Below, piece after piece: positions 18,615 to 31,906 of a DNA stretch of 64,000 bases. Location of the stretch: positions 1 to 64,000 of the forward strand of contig CAVTQK010000006.1 in assembly GCA_963736855.1 (NCBI GenBank), read 5' to 3'. A model generated the notes under the pieces. It saw only the letters and a program-made list of their open reading frames with translations, had not been told where the DNA came from and made no database searches. The first letter of the stretch is position 1, and every line of letters starts with the position of its first letter. Source of the DNA: an uncultured delta proteobacterium. Lineage in GTDB: Bacteria; Desulfobacterota; Desulfobacteria; Desulfobacterales; UBA2156. The translations under genes were made by a program, and so were the position numbers.

Positions 18615-18661
18615 GATTTCCCTCCCCCTTCATCTTCCGGAAGCATTGAAATGGAGGAGCC

Positions 18662-21470
<2,809 letters not shown>

Positions 21471-21474
<4 letters not shown>

Positions 21475-21722
21475 TGGGGCTTGACTAGAGTAGTCAATTC
21501 GCCTTTGACTTCATCAATGATGTCATAAAACCACAAGAGATCCTCCATGGAGAGTCTTCCCGCCTTTCTTTGGGAAACCGTCCCATCCTTTCGCTGGAAA
21601 ACCCTGGGGCCGATCTGTACCTTGGGCTGTGAATCCGCGTACTGGTTGATGGTGACCACAAGACCTGTTTCATCGCAAATCCACCGCTTCAATTCCTTGT
21701 CCTTTTCGGGTTCAAATGCCAT
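21471..21722 (-). CDS. Small hypothetical protein (83 aa)
   Basis: GGAG upstream of ATG 21722; stop overlaps the next gene's start. Confidence 0.7.
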
Positions 21723-21820
21723 ACTCTTTCTCCGTTTGTTGTTTTTTTCTTCCAGAAGAGCGTCGTTTTGCCGTGCCGACGGCGTGAACAACTCCCATCG
21801 GACCTTTTGTTAAAACAATT

Positions 21821-23056
21821 CTAAAGGCTCTTTGCAAGTCTCAGCGTGTTCTTGTCGATCACTATTCCAAAGCGGCGCTGGATCCACTCATGAGGGCTTT
21901 CCCCGAAAGGAAAATAAACCAGGCTGAAACTTTTAGGCCTAATCCGAATCTGGTCGATCCGTTCCAAAAACTCCCGTTGAGGCTTGACAAATGAAATGAG
22001 GCTGGGCATCAGGCCTTCTGCAGCCTCCTTTGCCGAGAGCGTCACCGGGAAACTCCTCCCTTTCGGGATCCGGGGAACCATAGGCTCCAGGAGTGCCGTG
22101 AGAGTAAGCTGGTCGGCCAGACGCAAGAACCGATCCGGCCGGATCTTGAAGGCAGGCGTCCAGAAAAAGACCGGCAGGGCTCCCCATCCTTTTCGGACGG
22201 CTTTCGGAAGATTAGCTGCCTGCACCAGATCATTGTAGGAAGCCAGTTGCATCCCCTCCACATCCGCCTGGATTCTCCAAAAGGGAATAAATACGGTATC
22301 CCCCGGCTCAGGAGGGAAGTGTTCCGTATGAACCTTCTTGAAGCCTTCAACCGCCGCTTTCCATGCGGTGTCGCAATTGTCGCAATGCAACACCAGCGAA
22401 TCCCTCTCCCCCGCCATGTCCCATCCGCAATCCGGACACAGACAAGATAGAAAGCGGATGCGCCATCGAGGTCGGCCTCCGGGAAGAGATGCGGGCTCGA
22501 AGTCCTTTGAGAGGACGCTGTGGATCCGGGAGTTCAAGACAGCATCAAACAGCCCCTTCTCGAAGTAAAAGGGGGCGTATACCAAGCTGACGGTCTCCCC
22601 GACCCGATAACGGTGGCTCACCGGTTTGGACATCGCAACATTCATGCGGCGGGTTATTCCCTCCATGACTTCACTCAGGGACCGCTGAGGTTTGACGAAA
22701 TGTCCATCGGCATCCGGGGATACAAACTTGAGTTTTAGCGCCTGGCTCCGAAACCCCAGGGAAGAAGGAAACGCCGGCAGGTCAACCGCCGGAGCGCTCA
22801 GATCTAAGAAATGATGCGAGATCCCTTCGGAACCGGCTGAAAAAACCATTCCCTTGAAGCGCCAGTAGGGGATGAAAAATAAAGAGGTTCCATGGGGAAC
22901 ATTGGCAGGAAGACAGTAACGATAAAAGCCCCGTACACCCAGGTAGGATCGAACCCGGCAAAAGGCACAGGAAAAGAGGCGGTCCACCTCATCCAGGGTT
23001 GCAGGCGCACCGCACTGGGGGCACTGGTGCTCTATAGAAAGGTTAAAGCTTTTCAC
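21821..23056 (-). CDS. Hypothetical protein with two zinc-ribbon regions
   Basis: CPQC..CAFC and CPDC..CDNC; start approximate (GTG 23056). Confidence 0.75.
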   Translation of the reverse strand: MKSFNLSIEHQCPQCGAPATLDEVDRLFSCAFCRVRSYLGVRGFYRYCLPANVPHGTSLFFIPYWRFKGMVFSAGSEGISHHFLDLSAPAVDLPAFPSSLGFRSQALKLKFVSPDADGHFVKPQRSLSEVMEGITRRMNVAMSKPVSHRYRVGETVSLVYAPFYFEKGLFDAVLNSRIHSVLSKDFEPASLPGGRPRWRIRFLSCLCPDCGWDMAGERDSLVLHCDNCDTAWKAAVEGFKKVHTEHFPPEPGDTVFIPFWRIQADVEGMQLASYNDLVQAANLPKAVRKGWGALPVFFWTPAFKIRPDRFLRLADQLTLTALLEPMVPRIPKGRSFPVTLSAKEAAEGLMPSLISFVKPQREFLERIDQIRIRPKSFSLVYFPFGESPHEWIQRRFGIVIDKNTLRLAKSL

Positions 23057-24167
23057 CGCAGTGGTTGCAGAAAATCGATTCGGGGAGATTTTCCGCTTTG
23101 CACTTGGCACAAATTTTGGGTTTAAGCGCGGTTTCCACGGCCTGACCGCATCGGGGGCAATACTGGGTGTTGGGGGTCAGGTTCTTGCTACAATTTTTGC
23201 ATTTTTCGAAAACCACCTGCTGGTGCCCGCAAAACGGACAAAACCGGGCTTCGACAGGGATCGCGCGTGAGCATTCTGAACAGCGGGTTGTTTCAGGACC
23301 GGCCTCCCTTAACGTTTGACCTTCCAAAAAATACCTTCCGAACATGGCCGGCATCATCATCCCCATACCCATGCCGATCCCCGAGCCTGCTGTCCCTTCG
23401 GATTCAGCGGCCTTCTCCACGGCCATGGCGGCCTTCATCTGAAGCAACTTATTGACGTCCTGGAAAAGGGCCATGCGGCTTCGATCATCGATGGCGGACT
23501 GGACCTCCGGAGGAGGGGTGATGGCATTGATATAGAGGCGATCCAGGGCCAGGCCGAACCGGCTGAAATCCTCTGTAAGCTTTTTTGAAAGCCCTTCTGA
23601 AAGCGCCTCGTATCGGGAGGGGAGACTTAAAACGGAATCGATGGTTTCCCCCATGAGATCATTGAAACGGGAAACAATGACCCGGTTCAAATACTCTTCG
23701 ATTTCTTCGGTTGTGAACATCCCCTGGGTTCCGACCAGGCGGTTGATGAAAAGCACCGGCTGGATGACCTGGAGATTGAAAACACCGAATGCCCGAAGCC
23801 GAATCAGGCCCAGCTCGCTGTCTTTGAACGCCACCGGATCGCGCGTTCCCCATTTGAGGTTACTGAAGACTTTCATGTTAACGAAGTATACCTCGGCACG
23901 CAGGGGGCTCGTCATGCCCCAGGGGATGGCAGCGATCTTGGTCAGAATCGGGATATTGGCGGTGATCAAGGTATGCCGGCCCGGGCCGAAGGCCTCCACC
24001 GCTTTCCCTTTGTAGAAAAAGACGCCGGCCTGACTTTCCCGGATCGTGAGCTGGGCTCCGAACTTAATATCTCCAGACCCCTTTTCAGGAATCCGGTGCA
24101 CCAATTCCTTTCCGGTATTATCGAACCATTCGATAACCTCAAGAAATAAAATATTATCGGTACCCAT
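23043..24167 (-). CDS. SPFH/Band7-like protein with C-terminal zinc ribbons (YdjI-like)
   Basis: QLTIRESQAGVF, FGPGRHTL.TANIP, KWGT; repeated CxxC pairs at the C-terminus. Confidence 0.88.
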   Translation of the reverse strand: MGTDNILFLEVIEWFDNTGKELVHRIPEKGSGDIKFGAQLTIRESQAGVFFYKGKAVEAFGPGRHTLITANIPILTKIAAIPWGMTSPLRAEVYFVNMKVFSNLKWGTRDPVAFKDSELGLIRLRAFGVFNLQVIQPVLFINRLVGTQGMFTTEEIEEYLNRVIVSRFNDLMGETIDSVLSLPSRYEALSEGLSKKLTEDFSRFGLALDRLYINAITPPPEVQSAIDDRSRMALFQDVNKLLQMKAAMAVEKAAESEGTAGSGIGMGMGMMMPAMFGRYFLEGQTLREAGPETTRCSECSRAIPVEARFCPFCGHQQVVFEKCKNCSKNLTPNTQYCPRCGQAVETALKPKICAKCKAENLPESIFCNHCGEKL

Positions 24168-24262
24168 GCTCTTTCTCCTTTTTTAGAAATTCTTTAAAAA
24201 GCTCTCTCGTTCAAACCCTTTCAGATCCGGGCCAATTATATCGCCGAATCGTTTCGTGTCAA

Positions 24263-24919
24263 TTATTCGAAAAGGCGCTTTCTCATGACGGCAATGGTTT
24301 CGGTATAATCGGAACTTGCGAAGATCGCCGATCCGGCAACGAAAATATCCGCCCCTGCCCTTGAAACCTCGGCAATGTTATCTTCCTTGATCCCGCCGTC
24401 CACTTCGATTTGTACGAAAAGCCCGGCATCGTCGATCATGCGGCGAAGCCTTCGGATCTTTTCCAGGCTGTTCGGGATAAAATGCTGTCCGCCGAATCCC
24501 GGGTTGACGCTCATGATCAGAACAAAATCCACGGAATCCAGAACCCACTTCACGGTTTCCAGGCCGGTGGAAGGGTTTAAAACGACTCCGGGACGGGCTC
24601 CCGCCTCCCGGATTTGATGTAACGTGCGGTTTAAATGGATGCACGCCTCCACCTGGACGGATATGCAATCGGCGCCCGCTTCAGCGAAAGCCGGGATGAA
24701 TCGATCCGAATTTTCGATCATGAGATGTACGTCTATCGGGAGTGACGTTACCGGCCGGATGGCCTTGACGACCAACGGTCCCAGGGTGATGTTGGGCACG
24801 TAATGCCCATCCATGACATCCACGTGAATCCAGTCCGCGCCCGCCTTTTCCACGGCCCGGACCTCTTCTGCCAGACGGGAAAAATCGGCTGAAAGAATGG
24901 AAGGTGCAATCAACTTCAT
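24263..24919 (-). CDS. rpe: Ribulose-phosphate 3-epimerase
   Basis: [32 protein letters not shown]. Confidence 0.97.
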   Translation of the reverse strand: MKLIAPSILSADFSRLAEEVRAVEKAGADWIHVDVMDGHYVPNITLGPLVVKAIRPVTSLPIDVHLMIENSDRFIPAFAEAGADCISVQVEACIHLNRTLHQIREAGARPGVVLNPSTGLETVKWVLDSVDFVLIMSVNPGFGGQHFIPNSLEKIRRLRRMIDDAGLFVQIEVDGGIKEDNIAEVSRAGADIFVAGSAIFASSDYTETIAVMRKRLFE

Positions 24920-24958
24920 GGTCGAATCTCCTCTGTGCTAAACTCAGGGTTCCTCTTA

Positions 24959-25927
24959 TCAGGGTTTGAACTCTTTCGAAACCACAAGCGCGTCATCTTC
25001 ATACAGCGACACAAAAGCCTCAGCGTCCTCGGGAATCAGGAGCATCACCTCTTCTCCGGGATCCATGTACGAATCGATCAGTTCCCCGGAAAGTCCATAT
25101 CCATAAAATTTCAATTGAATCCGGGTTTTTAGAAAACCATTCTTTATCCGATGCTTAAATAAAGCGATACCCTTTGGAGCAAATTCCGGGTTGCTCTTTG
25201 CCCTGTCCTTTTTGTGGTTTCTGATCAACTTTACGACGCTTCCTTCAAAGATGGGATGGCCGGCAGACGGTTCCTGCCCGAGGACGGCACCTTCCGGTTG
25301 ATTCTGTTCCTCGGCGACCTGGTTCGGCCCCAGGACCAGGTTCATTCTCTGAGCCACAAGAACCGCTTCCGAAAAAGATAGCCCCATCAAATCCGGCATT
25401 TTCAGGGTTCGGGGTCTTGGTCCTAAGCTGACGAGAAGGTCCATACACCGGTTTTGGGTTAACTCGGCGCCCCGATCGGGGGACTGGGCCAGGATGGTCT
25501 CGTTTAATGCATTGCTGTGGTAAACTTTTGATATGTTTCCGATGCACAATCCGTTTTGCTCCAGGATAATCCGGGCCTGACGAAGAGGAAGCCCCTTCAG
25601 GTTGGGAGCCAAAAGCATCCTGGGTCCTTTGGACAAAACGATCCGGACATCCCGGCCTTTTTTGATCTCGGTTCCCGGAGACGGATACTGGGAAAGGACG
25701 TGGTGTGCCGGAATCTGATCGCTATGTTCAGGTTCTTTCACCTTGGTGTTAAGCCCCAAACGACTGAGGGTTTCCAGAATTTGTACCACATCTTTTCCAA
25801 TCAGGTCCGGCACCACCACCCGATCTTCCCCTTTGATGACAAACAACACTGTAAAATAGGCGCTTGCCCCTGCGACCAGAACAAAGGCCACGCCCAGAAC
25901 TACCCATTTCATCAGTCGTTGGATCAC
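24959..25927 (-). CDS. Membrane-anchored PASTA-domain protein (three repeats, no kinase domain)
   Basis: TM segment then VPDLIG/APNLKG/MPDLMG repeats with VLSQxPxPG; GTGA overlap with rsmB stop. Confidence 0.88.
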   Translation of the reverse strand: MIQRLMKWVVLGVAFVLVAGASAYFTVLFVIKGEDRVVVPDLIGKDVVQILETLSRLGLNTKVKEPEHSDQIPAHHVLSQYPSPGTEIKKGRDVRIVLSKGPRMLLAPNLKGLPLRQARIILEQNGLCIGNISKVYHSNALNETILAQSPDRGAELTQNRCMDLLVSLGPRPRTLKMPDLMGLSFSEAVLVAQRMNLVLGPNQVAEEQNQPEGAVLGQEPSAGHPIFEGSVVKLIRNHKKDRAKSNPEFAPKGIALFKHRIKNGFLKTRIQLKFYGYGLSGELIDSYMDPGEEVMLLIPEDAEAFVSLYEDDALVVSKEFKP

Positions 25928-27405
25928 CGTCTTTTTTCCAGGCGGATCGCGAAAAAACCGTCCATCCCGTGATCCAGGGGATTGGTTTTCAGATAAGTCT
26001 CTTTTTCCATTAGATGCCGGATGGGATGGGTGGGCATCATTTTGTCGGGGCAAAGCAAAAAGTCGGAATGGTTTTTCAAAAAAGCCCCCACTACATCTTC
26101 GTTTTCTTCCGGCTCCGTACTGCAGACGGCATAAACCAGAACTCCGGAAGGTTTGACGAGAGTGCTCGCATAGCTTAACATCTTAAGCTGCCTTTGCCGG
26201 TGACGGGAAAGATCTTTTTCCGTCACACGCCACCGGGCATCCGGGTTTCGCCGAAAAACCCCCAGCCCCGAGCAAGGCGCATCCAGCAAAACCCGGTCGA
26301 AGCGCATCGGCATATTGACACCTGCGGGCGATTCGAGGTCTCTTTTTTTGGAGGTCACGATGACAACCCCCAACCGCTTCATTTCCGACAAAAGGCGGCT
26401 AAGCCTTCTTGAGTCGATGTCCCAGGAGAAAAGCCGCCCGCGGTTTTCCATCTGCTGGGCGATGTGTCCGGTCTTTCCCCCTTGCCCGGCGCAGGCGTCC
26501 AAAACCATTTCTCCGGGTTTGGGATTCAAAAGGATCGTGACCAGCTGAGCAGCTTCGTCCTGGACCTGGAACCACCCGTTTTTGAAAGCAGTCATATCCT
26601 GGAGCGCGGACTTAGGGTTGAAAAAGGAGACAGCATCCGGAGCATAGCTGCACGGCCATGCTTTTTCACATTCCTCTTTCAAGGTTTCAAGCAGCCGATC
26701 CCGGCTAACCTTCAAACGGTTTGCCCGCACGGTGATGGGCGGGATCTCATTTTGTGCATCACACAGGGCGCTCGCCCGAAAAAGTCCCCACCGCTTGACC
26801 CACCGTGAGACGAGCCAGGCCGGGAAGGATCGGCTCTGGGCCAGCCATCCCACAGGATCCGCCTCCCGGTCCGGCAAGAGAGCCTCCCGAGGAATTTCAG
26901 CCGCTGCCCGGAGCAAGGCATTGACAAACCCGGCCGCCCAGGGTCGTCCCATTCGCCGGGTCAGTTCCACAGCCGTGTCCACCGCCGCCGAAACCGGCAC
27001 CCTGTCCAGATACCGTATTTGAAAAAGAGCAATCCTCAGGATATTTAAAACTTCCGGCTCGATTCGTTCCAGGAGTCTATGAGAAAAGTGTTCTATAACC
27101 GGGTCCATGGCGCCTTTCCATCTCAGCACCCCGTAGATGATGGCATAAAATAGTCCTTGTTCCCGGGAAGAAAAGCTAAAGCGATCCAAAAAGACTTCCA
27201 GGGCGGCATCAAGGGTCCAGGACTTTTTCTGGAGTTCATTCAGAACGATCAGCGCCGCAGCGCGCGCATCGGGTGAGCCGCAGAGAATCTGATGTTCAGG
27301 GAATTTCGTCGGAATCCGCCTGATTCTTTCCTTCCCAGACGTCTGTTTCAAACCGGATCCCTTCTTCCGGAGTCGTATCTTCTTGCCGCCGGCAGCCTGA
27401 ATCAT
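25924..27405 (-). CDS. rsmB: 16S rRNA m5C967 methyltransferase RsmB/Sun
   Basis: NusB-like N-terminus, VQDEAAQ, LDACAGQGGKT, DAPCSG; start uncertain. Confidence 0.92.
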   Translation of the reverse strand: MIQAAGGKKIRLRKKGSGLKQTSGKERIRRIPTKFPEHQILCGSPDARAAALIVLNELQKKSWTLDAALEVFLDRFSFSSREQGLFYAIIYGVLRWKGAMDPVIEHFSHRLLERIEPEVLNILRIALFQIRYLDRVPVSAAVDTAVELTRRMGRPWAAGFVNALLRAAAEIPREALLPDREADPVGWLAQSRSFPAWLVSRWVKRWGLFRASALCDAQNEIPPITVRANRLKVSRDRLLETLKEECEKAWPCSYAPDAVSFFNPKSALQDMTAFKNGWFQVQDEAAQLVTILLNPKPGEMVLDACAGQGGKTGHIAQQMENRGRLFSWDIDSRRLSRLLSEMKRLGVVIVTSKKRDLESPAGVNMPMRFDRVLLDAPCSGLGVFRRNPDARWRVTEKDLSRHRQRQLKMLSYASTLVKPSGVLVYAVCSTEPEENEDVVGAFLKNHSDFLLCPDKMMPTHPIRHLMEKETYLKTNPLDHGMDGFFAIRLEKRR

Positions 27406-28340
27406 GACAATATCGTTCCTTTCGGAATCCGGTTTCCCCGAAGAAAGTCCTGAACAACCATCCGCCTGCCGGAGGCGGCCTGCAGTTCCAGAATACCGAG
27501 CGTCCCTTTTCCGGTTGCCACTTTAAGCTCACCTTCTGATTCCAGTACCATTCCCGGGGGTTCCGGCACGCTTTCCATCTCCACCCGGGCACTGAAGATG
27601 CGGATCGTTTTTTCCCCCCAAAGCGTGAAGGCGCCGGGCCAGGGTGTGAGTCCCCGAATGCAACGATCGATAGCCTCTGCCGATGCCTTCCAGTCGATGC
27701 GGCCATCACTTTTTTTCAGCATGGGTGCATACGTCGCCCGGTCCTGGTCCTGAGGCATAGGCCTCAGCGCCCCCGCAATCATCTTTTCCAGGGTTTGCAC
27801 TAAAAGCTTTGCCCCCATCCGAGACAGCCTGTCATGCAGAGTCTGGCCCGTATCTTGATTAGAGATGAGTGTTGTGGCGAACCCGAGGATATTCCCCGTG
27901 TCGAGTCCTGTGTCCATCTGCATGACAGTGACCCCCGTCTCCTGATCACCGCTCATAGCGGCCCACTGGATCGGAGCCGGGCCCCGGTATTTCGGGAGCA
28001 GAGAAGCATGAATATTGAGCGCTCCGTAAGGAGGGATTTTCAGGAGGACTTCCGGAAGGATGGCGCCGAAAGCCACCACTACGATGACATCGGGCTTAAG
28101 ACTGCGGATCTTTTCCAGGATCGCCCCGCTTCGAATGGATTCGGGTTGCAGTACCGGATACCCCTTATTTTCAGCAACAATCTTAACCGGCGAGGGCACA
28201 GGATGTCGCTTGCGCCCCTTGGGCCTGTCCGGCCGGGTCACCACGCATAAGACCGAATATCCGCCCTGATGCAGCGCTTCCAGGGAAGGAACCGCAAACT
28301 CCGGCGTTCCCATGAAGATGAGCGCAGGTTTGGCTTTCAC
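27402..28340 (-). CDS. fmt: Methionyl-tRNA formyltransferase
   Basis: FMGTPEFA, NIHASLLPKYRGPAPI. Confidence 0.97.
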   Translation of the reverse strand: MKAKPALIFMGTPEFAVPSLEALHQGGYSVLCVVTRPDRPKGRKRHPVPSPVKIVAENKGYPVLQPESIRSGAILEKIRSLKPDVIVVVAFGAILPEVLLKIPPYGALNIHASLLPKYRGPAPIQWAAMSGDQETGVTVMQMDTGLDTGNILGFATTLISNQDTGQTLHDRLSRMGAKLLVQTLEKMIAGALRPMPQDQDRATYAPMLKKSDGRIDWKASAEAIDRCIRGLTPWPGAFTLWGEKTIRIFSARVEMESVPEPPGMVLESEGELKVATGKGTLGILELQAASGRRMVVQDFLRGNRIPKGTILS

Positions 28341-28846
28341 GCTTTTTTAAGCTTCTTTCGGACCTGACGCTTGTAAAGTTCCCGTTTCAATACGCTGATG
28401 TGGTCGATAAAAAGCATGCCGTTGACATGATCGATTTCATGCTGAAGCACCAGGGCATGGTACCCGTCAGCCTCGAACCGCCGGGGGTTTCCCTCCGCAT
28501 CCAGCCCCTCCACCAGAACCCTGGCGAATCGTTTGACATCGGCCTTGAAATCCGGGACGCTGAGGCACCCCTCGTTTTCGGACAAGTACTCCCCTTCCGC
28601 TTCCACGATTCGGGGATTGATGAGCACCTGAACACATCTCTTCCCTTCCCGAGGTGCAATGTCGTATACCAGAAGCGCTTTGTCGATCCCCACCTGGATG
28701 GCGGCCAGACCCACACCCGGAGCCTGATACATGGTCTCTGTCATGTTTTCAATGAGTTGTTGGAGAGACCCATTGATATTCATGACTGGCTTAGAGATAT
28801 TGCGCAGAAGTTTGTCGGGATAGGTGATAATTTCCAGGATGCTCAT
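28337..28846 (-). CDS. def: Peptide deformylase
   Basis: GVGLAAIQ, EGCLS, QHEIDH. Confidence 0.97.
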   Translation of the reverse strand: MSILEIITYPDKLLRNISKPVMNINGSLQQLIENMTETMYQAPGVGLAAIQVGIDKALLVYDIAPREGKRCVQVLINPRIVEAEGEYLSENEGCLSVPDFKADVKRFARVLVEGLDAEGNPRRFEADGYHALVLQHEIDHVNGMLFIDHISVLKRELYKRQVRKKLKKA

Positions 28847-28852
28847 GGTGCG

Positions 28853-29971
28853 TTACCTGAACAGTCCATTCTTCGCGGTTTCCGGGTGTTTCCCTGAATC
28901 TTGGGTCCGCCGCTCCCGGACCACCTCCCAGATATTAACTCCAGTGATGGCTGCCGACACCAGGCCCACAAGAATCACTGGAAACATCTGAACTGCATGG
29001 TTTGCAAGGGTGAACCCTGCCGCTTCTTGCTTTGCCATGCCAAAAAGAGCCATCGCAAAAACGCCCCCCGCTTCCCAAAGTCCCCAAAATCCGGGAGCCG
29101 AGGGGAGCGCGATAAAAAAACAGACAATAATCATCACCGCGGTAAGCTCGAAAAAGGTCAGATCGATCCCCGGGCACCCGATGGCAAGGATGGCCATGGA
29201 AACCGCCAGGAGGACCCATACGAAAAAAGAGAGCGCGAAACAGGCAAAAACCCGCCCGGGGCGGCGGACCATGGAAAACCCCGAGGCGAGGTTTTCGATG
29301 ATGCGGATCACGGGTCGGCACACTTTTTCCCGGACCTTTTCCCGAAAGGCAGCGCCTGCCGAGAAAAAGAGAACAGGTAAATTCAAAATGAGACGGGTAA
29401 TGAACAGCCGTGTCCTGGTAAAGCTTACCAGGGCGATACCGGCCACTAGGACGATTATGACCTTTATCATCTGGGCGTTGATGGCCACCAAAGTCTCACG
29501 GTTCAACCGGTATGACCCGAAGGGAATGCTCAAGTTCGGATCGATCTTCACGAAAGCCATGACAACGGCAAAAAGGGCCATCAGCAAGGTGATATCAAAG
29601 ACGCGCTCAGCCGCTATCGTCGCCAACCCGCTCGAAAAGGGGATCCGATCCCGTTTCTGGAGCAATGCGGGGCGGACCATCTCTCCCACCCGGCCGGGGA
29701 GGATGCAGTTGATCATAAAACCCATCATCAGGGGATGGAAAGCGTGCCAAAATCCGATTCGATGGATGGATTCCAGGATGATCTGCCAACGGACGGTCCG
29801 GATGGCGAATGAAACCAGAACGAGCACAGCCGCGGGAAAAACCCAGGCATAGTTGATAGAGGAAAGGTATTCGATAAGATCATGAAATGGAACATTGCGG
29901 AAGGCAAAATACAAGGCCACACCCGAAATTGCGATCCCCACGAAGAGGGAAATGAAAATTTTTTGTTTCAT
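28853..29971 (-). CDS. Lysylphosphatidylglycerol-synthase-TM (UPF0104) flippase-like membrane protein
   Basis: RW..IL, N.ILPGRVGE..R, ERVFD, PSAPG. Confidence 0.85.
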   Translation of the reverse strand: MKQKIFISLFVGIAISGVALYFAFRNVPFHDLIEYLSSINYAWVFPAAVLVLVSFAIRTVRWQIILESIHRIGFWHAFHPLMMGFMINCILPGRVGEMVRPALLQKRDRIPFSSGLATIAAERVFDITLLMALFAVVMAFVKIDPNLSIPFGSYRLNRETLVAINAQMIKVIIVLVAGIALVSFTRTRLFITRLILNLPVLFFSAGAAFREKVREKVCRPVIRIIENLASGFSMVRRPGRVFACFALSFFVWVLLAVSMAILAIGCPGIDLTFFELTAVMIIVCFFIALPSAPGFWGLWEAGGVFAMALFGMAKQEAAGFTLANHAVQMFPVILVGLVSAAITGVNIWEVVRERRTQDSGKHPETAKNGLFR

Positions 29972-29983
29972 TTTTTTTCCGCT

Positions 29984-30916
29984 CTAAGCGAGAATCCCCC
30001 AGGCATTTTGGATATCTTTACGGATCTGATCGGAAAGCTCCTGAATCCCCGAAAACCGTTTTTCATCCCGGATCCGTCTTACGAAATTGACACGTATCTT
30101 CTCATCGTAAAGATGGCCGCTAAAATTGAGGATATGCACCTCTACGGTGAAAAGACAGTCGTCAAAGGTCGGGCTGTATCCTATATTGGCAACACCCAGA
30201 AATTGCTTTCCCAGGCATTCTACAGTGACTGCATAGACGCCGGTTCTGGGACATAGTTCATCGACAAGATGGATGTTGGCCGTGGGAAATCCCAAGAGCT
30301 TTCCGCCTCGATTTCTCCCCTTCACTACCGTGCCACGGATCTGGTAATAGCGACCCAGAAGCTTTCTGGTCTCCTCCATCTGACCGTCCAGAACCAATTC
30401 CCGGATCTTGGTACTGCTCACCCTTCCGATTCCGTTAATCGGTGTTTTGATCCAATCCGCCACCACGACTTCAAACCCGAATCGATCCCCCAGCCGGGAA
30501 AGCATTTCAACATTCCCTTCCCGATTCTTCCCGAAGGCGTAGTCTTTTCCCACCACGATCGCCTTCATCCCGATGCGCTCCAGGAGGATATTCACGATAA
30601 AATCCGCGGCTGAAATTTCAGCGAATCTGCGGGTGAACGGGATTACGATGAGTACATCGATGCCGGATCGCCCGATCAGTTCTACCTTCTGCTCGTAAAT
30701 GGTGATCAACGGTGGAAAGTTATTACCATTGAGAACCCGGACAGGATGCGGCTCAAAGGTGATAGCCACCGAGGTCCCATCAAGGACCGCAGCCTTGGCA
30801 ATCACCAAGTGAAACAGGGCCTGATGCCCGATGTGAACGCCATCGAAATTGCCGATGGTTACAACGGCCTTGGGATAGGGTCGTTGAATTTTTTCCAGGT
30901 TGTCGATCAAATCCAT
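29984..30916 (-). CDS. ribF: Bifunctional riboflavin kinase/FAD synthetase
   Basis: IGNFDGVHIGHQ, TFEPHP, SSTKIR, GFPTAN. Confidence 0.96.
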   Translation of the reverse strand: MDLIDNLEKIQRPYPKAVVTIGNFDGVHIGHQALFHLVIAKAAVLDGTSVAITFEPHPVRVLNGNNFPPLITIYEQKVELIGRSGIDVLIVIPFTRRFAEISAADFIVNILLERIGMKAIVVGKDYAFGKNREGNVEMLSRLGDRFGFEVVVADWIKTPINGIGRVSSTKIRELVLDGQMEETRKLLGRYYQIRGTVVKGRNRGGKLLGFPTANIHLVDELCPRTGVYAVTVECLGKQFLGVANIGYSPTFDDCLFTVEVHILNFSGHLYDEKIRVNFVRRIRDEKRFSGIQELSDQIRKDIQNAWGILA

Positions 30917-31003
30917 AGTAAGAATCTCTTGACAATTCCTCAAAACAAATATTATTTACACATTTCAATTCGAAAAGCAATTCCTTTCCGCGCCAATTTG
31001 CGT

Positions 31004-31090
31004 GCCGAAGTGGCGGAACTGGTAGACGCGCTAGGTTCAGGGTCTAGTGGGCGTGCGCCTGTCGGGGTTCGAGTCCCCGCTTCGGCACCA
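31004..31090 (+). tRNA. tRNA-Leu (CAG)
   Basis: GCCGAAG/CTTCGGC acceptor stem, anticodon loop TT-CAG-GG, long variable arm, GTTCGA, encoded CCA. Confidence 0.97.
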
Positions 31091-31103
31091 TCTAATAAGA
31101 ATT

Positions 31104-31131
31104 AGCCGCAATATCAAAAGTTGCGGCTTTT
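31104..31131 (+). terminator. Hairpin/terminator after tRNA-Leu
   Basis: AGCCGCAA...TTGCGGCT-TTT. Confidence 0.55.
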
Positions 31132-31134
31132 CCA

Positions 31135-31373
31135 TCGCCATACTGGTGGGCAGACTGCTTCACCATTGCACCACGATCAACATCAAAGGGGAGAGCTTCC
31201 GGCTCAAGGAGAAGCGCAAGGCCTGGCTTCTGGATTCCTCACGTAAAAGCGCTCAACAAACCAACAAATATCAGTAACCGGTAAAACTGCCAGATCTTGC
31301 CTACAGGATTTTAACCGTTGATCAGGGGACATTTTATTCCGGAATTTTAAGACAAAACCATTCAGTGTTGACA
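31135..31373 (+). mobile_element. istB: IS21-family remnant: istB 3' end and right terminus
   Basis: AILVGRLLHHCTTINIKGESFRLKEKRKA matches the IstB C-terminus; segment ends ...GTTGACA. Confidence 0.8.
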
Positions 31374-31470
31374 GCCCTCTCAAATCGGTCTTCCCAGATG
31401 CCTTCGAAGGCCTCGAAATAGTCCTCTACGAATTGATAAAATGGAGAGCTTTGGGGTTTGTGCTACGATG
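31374..31470 (-). pseudogene. IS91-like transposase N-terminal fragment
   Basis: HKPQSSPFYQFVEDYFEAFEGIWEDRFER, cut off at the IS21 terminus. Confidence 0.55.
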
Positions 31471-31579
31471 GAGGCACTCCAAATTTTTGCAATAGGGGCG
31501 AAAATTGTCGGTTGTGGGAAACATCACGTCTGTGCCGGAGGCCCTTTTGTTTAGGAGTTTCCATCGATCCGGACATATT

Positions 31580-31850
31580 AAAACCGAAGTTTACGGATAT
31601 GGTCATACAGTATTTCCGATTTTTTGAGGCGCTCAAGACTATCGTATTTTTGGACAACCCATTGCTGTCCGGACCCGGCAAATGAATGGACAAGACGGTT
31701 ATCTCCTATGTGGATAACATAGTTTCCCCCGCGTGATTTCGCATCACCAACGTCATGCCTGAAGGCATCAACATTAAAATCGAAAAAATCAAATGGATGG
31801 CCCGTGGTTATTGAAAATGATCTTCCAACCGCACGACCATCCATTTCAAA
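31580..31850 (+). pseudogene. ISL3-family transposase C-terminal remnant
   Basis: Degenerate YFWTTH, RITNVMPEGINIKIEKIKWMARGY*, RTTIHF, resembling the ISL3 TNA.EG.N.KI..IKR.A.GY motif. Confidence 0.7.
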
Positions 31851-31906
31851 ATTCAAAAGGGCTTGAACAGGATATGCTTGGGGTACCCGTTTAATATCGA
31901 ATTCGG

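Noticed and set aside
29010..29852. 280-aa plus-strand ORF
   Set aside because: Antisense shadow of the flippase-like gene; no motifs.
31578..31856. 92-aa minus-strand ORF
   Set aside because: Shadow of the plus-strand ISL3 transposase remnant.
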